From Buchnera aphidicola (Neophyllaphis podocarpi) (GTDB taxonomy: Bacteria; Pseudomonadota; Gammaproteobacteria; Enterobacterales; Enterobacteriaceae), in contig NZ_OZ060386.1 of assembly GCF_964059055.1 (NCBI RefSeq), positions 300,001 to 332,000 on the forward strand: a stretch of 32,000 bases of DNA. Reading direction: 5' to 3'. Shown here piece by piece: positions 29,829 to 32,000 of this stretch. Numbering within the stretch: position 1 is the stretch's first letter; each line of letters begins with the position of its first letter. The notes below the pieces were generated by a model. That model did not search any database, had not been told where the DNA came from, and saw only the letters and a program-made list of their open reading frames with translations. The position numbers were made by a program, and so were the translations under genes.

Positions 29829-31370
29829 TTAAATATAATTTTTATATAAAAAAAATTTTATTATATTAAAACCTAATAAAAACAAACAAATAAAATATAT
29901 AAAAAAACCAAATAAAAAAGTTAATATTAAAATAATTAATCGAAGAATCAAGTTCTCAAAACTAAGTAAATCGATATAACTAAGTAATAAATAAATAAAA
30001 GTAGACATAACAATAGAAGACAAAAAAACACGAAAAAGAAAAAATATCCATCTAAATTTTATATAAAAAAGTTTTTTTTTATATAAAAAATAAAATAATA
30101 AAATCAAATTTATCCAAGACGCTAAACTAGAAGAAAGAGCAAAACTGGCATGGTGAAAAATTTCTAAAAAATATAAATTCATAAATTGAGTTAAAAAAAA
30201 AGTAAATAACGAAATTAGAGAAGGAATAACAGTATTTTTTTGGGCATAAAATACCTGAATTAAAATTTTAATAAATACAAATGCTATTAATCCTAATGAA
30301 TAAAATTCTAGAGATTCTTTTGTTTTAATAGTATCAAATTTAGTAAAATTTCCATATTGAAACAAAGATTCAATAATTTCCTGTGATAAAAAAAATAACA
30401 AAAAAGAACAAGGTAATGCAAATAAGAAAGAAATACGTAAACCTTTATCTATAACCAACTGATAAAATTTTTTATTATTTAATAATTTTTTCTTTGATAA
30501 TAAAGGTAGCAAAATAGTACTTAATGAAACTCCTAAAACACTAGCAGGAAATTCTATTAATCTATCAGAATAGTATATCCATGAAATAGATCCAGATTTC
30601 AACTTAGATGAAAAGATAGCATTAGTAACAAATGAAATTTGATTTATGAAATTACCTAGTAACAAAGGTAAGAAATTTTTGAAAATTTTAAAATCAGTAA
30701 ATTTTTTAAAATTTAATTTAGGTAATACCAACATATTTATTTTTTTTAAATAAGGTAACTGATATATACACTGTAATATACCTCCAAAAATAACTCCCCA
30801 AGATAATGAATATATAGAAAGATCAAAATATTTAATTCCTACTAAAGAAAATACAATCATACTAAAATTTAATAATATAGGTGATATTGCGGGAATAATA
30901 AAATAATTCCATACATTTAAAATAGATCCAATAAATACAGATAAAGATATTAAAATAATATAAGGAAACATTATTTTTAATAAAATTACAGAAATATCTA
31001 ATTTATCTATAGAATTTATAAAACCAGGAGCTATAAATAAAATAATTGATTTTGAAAAGATATTAAAAAATATAGTTAATAACATTGAAATTAATATTAC
31101 AAAAAATAATACATTAGAAACAAATTTTTGAATTTCTTTTAAATCATAATCTTTTTTATAAGTAGATAAAATAGGAATAAAAGTTTGAGATAGAGCACCT
31201 TCTGCAAGAATACTACGAAAAAAATTGGAAATTTTAAAAGCAATAAAAAAAGAATCTGTATATAAAGAAACACCAAAAAAATAAGCAATAATAAAATCAC
31301 GAGTAAAACCTAATAATCTAGAAAATATAGTAATAAGACTTACTCCAGCGATAGATTTTATAAAATTCAT
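29829..31370 (-). CDS. murJ: Lipid II flippase MurJ (MviN)
   Basis: 513-aa polytopic MOP-family protein. N-terminus MNFIKSIAGVSLITIFSRLLGFTRDFIIAYFFG matches E. coli [33 protein letters not shown]. Confidence 0.92.
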   Translation of the reverse strand: MNFIKSIAGVSLITIFSRLLGFTRDFIIAYFFGVSLYTDSFFIAFKISNFFRSILAEGALSQTFIPILSTYKKDYDLKEIQKFVSNVLFFVILISMLLTIFFNIFSKSIILFIAPGFINSIDKLDISVILLKIMFPYIILISLSVFIGSILNVWNYFIIPAISPILLNFSMIVFSLVGIKYFDLSIYSLSWGVIFGGILQCIYQLPYLKKINMLVLPKLNFKKFTDFKIFKNFLPLLLGNFINQISFVTNAIFSSKLKSGSISWIYYSDRLIEFPASVLGVSLSTILLPLLSKKKLLNNKKFYQLVIDKGLRISFLFALPCSFLLFFLSQEIIESLFQYGNFTKFDTIKTKESLEFYSLGLIAFVFIKILIQVFYAQKNTVIPSLISLFTFFLTQFMNLYFLEIFHHASFALSSSLASWINLILLFYFLYKKKLFYIKFRWIFFLFRVFLSSIVMSTFIYLLLSYIDLLSFENLILRLIILILTFLFGFFIYFICLFLLGFNIIKFFLYKNYI

Positions 31371-31496
31371 ATGTTGAAAATTACCTAAATAAAATTATTT
31401 AATAAAAATATAAGATTTAAAAAATATAAATTTATTAAAATTTAATTTAAAAATTAATAATATATTTTTAGAAAAAAATTTACAAACATATAAAAT

Positions 31497-31552
31497 AAAA
31501 AAATCCTCAGATGATAATTAATATATTAATTATAATATAAATCTAAGGATTT
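31497..31552 (-). terminator. Rho-independent terminator candidate downstream of the right-edge ORF
   Basis: On the minus-strand RNA, AAAUCCUUAGAU ... AUCUGAGGAUUU forms a 12-bp stem. Three pairs are G:C, and one is a G:U wobble that would be a C/A mismatch on the other strand. The stem encloses an AT-only palindrome (31514-31533). It is followed immediately by UUUUAUUUUA, continuing the terminal UUU of the 3-prime arm into a U7 run. It lies 47 nt after the ORF stop at 31599. Confidence 0.5.
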
Positions 31553-31598
31553 AAATATTTTAAAGAAAAAGTAGAATAAACTAATTGTAAAAAATTTT

Positions 31599-32000
31599 CT
31601 AAATAAACAAATATTTTTTATGTATATGTTTAATAAATGAAAAACTTAAACAATTATTAGATATGTTTACTCTAGAATTACTTTTTATTTTAGATGGAAT
31701 ATTATTTAAGCAATTTATTTTATTATATAGTTTACTGTTTTTATTTAAAACAACAATTTTGGTTATTGGAGCACTTGATTGATTCTTAATATGTTTCAAA
31801 AAATAAATTTTTTTATTAACTTTATTATCAAATTTATTTTTAGATATTTTTTTATAAATATTATATTTAATTTTTTTATTTAAAATTTTATTTTTTTTTA
31901 AAAATAAAATTATAATTAAATAATTAAATATTTGTTTTTTATAAAAACTGTTAATTTTGTGGTTAATAATTTTTATTATTTTAATTTTGTATTTTACATT
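31599..32000 (-). CDS. Hypothetical protein, 5-prime partial (continues past right edge); possibly a degenerate FlgA-like protein
   Basis: The listed 66-aa ORF starts at a TTG, but I translated its frame upstream and it stays open to base 32000: 134 stop-free codons (133 aa plus the stop). In roughly 85-90% A+T DNA that is very unlikely by chance. The sequence is Lys/Asn/Ile-rich. The segment LNNIPSKIKSNSRVNISNNCLSFSF loosely resembles the FlgA pattern ...WRVKAGQRVNVIASGDGFS..., but this is weak and from memory only. Confidence 0.45.
   Translation of the reverse strand, partial: NVKYKIKIIKIINHKINSFYKKQIFNYLIIILFLKKNKILNKKIKYNIYKKISKNKFDNKVNKKIYFLKHIKNQSSAPITKIVVLNKNSKLYNKINCLNNIPSKIKSNSRVNISNNCLSFSFIKHIHKKYLFI

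Noticed and set aside
29678-29869. 63-aa plus-strand ORF
   Set aside because: It reads straight through the tRNA-Ser gene (GGVAEWLKATVLKTV is the translated tRNA) and into the 3-prime end of murJ. It is an artefact.
1-32000. Scan for CRISPR arrays, IS elements or transposases, integrases, phage genes, toxin-antitoxin pairs, restriction-modification or other defence systems, and long direct repeats
   Set aside because: Every ORF of meaningful length except the right-edge one is a recognisable housekeeping orthologue. No spacer exceeds 413 bp. I saw no regularly spaced repeats or terminal inverted repeats. An exhaustive repeat search would need computation (self-dotplot or k-mer analysis), which I could not run.

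Overview
This window is a gene-dense, extremely AT-rich chromosomal segment. By eye it is about 90% coding and about 20% G+C, with the tRNA genes and the most conserved enzyme cores standing out as GC islands; neither figure was computed. It looks like the reduced genome of a gammaproteobacterial insect endosymbiont. Gene content and order match what I recall for Buchnera aphidicola: sucA-sucB-gpmA-pfkA-glpF | tpiA-ihfB-rpsA-cmk-aroA-serC-serS | trxB-infA-aspS | znuB-znuC | mepM | pykA | zwf-htpX-yoaE-tsaB | minE-minD-minC | rsmC | tRNA-Leu/tRNA-Cys/tRNA-Ser | murJ. That attribution is an inference from memory, not a database hit.

I can support 29 recognisable housekeeping protein genes (one of them, minC, frameshifted), one unidentified ORF running off the right edge, and three tRNA genes. 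The other listed ORFs are antisense or overlapping artefacts of the AT-biased composition.

I found no mobile element, CRISPR array, prophage, toxin-antitoxin, defence or secondary-metabolite locus. I found no convincing previously undescribed system; this reads as an ordinary core region of a degenerate genome.

The observations worth a second look are all genome-erosion phenomena:
- minC is split by a frameshift inside an A10 tract in its interdomain linker, and one extra A restores a 233-aa protein.
- znuCB is retained, but znuA is cleanly missing from its ancestral position.
- mepM is cut down to little more than its M23 domain.
- A 413-bp spacer between pykA and zwf sits where hexR lies in E. 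coli.
- None of the three tRNA genes encodes CCA.
- An unidentified lysine/asparagine/isoleucine-rich ORF at the right edge is followed by the best intrinsic-terminator-like hairpin in the window.

All homology statements rest on my recall of E. coli orthologue sequences and motifs. No alignments or searches were run.
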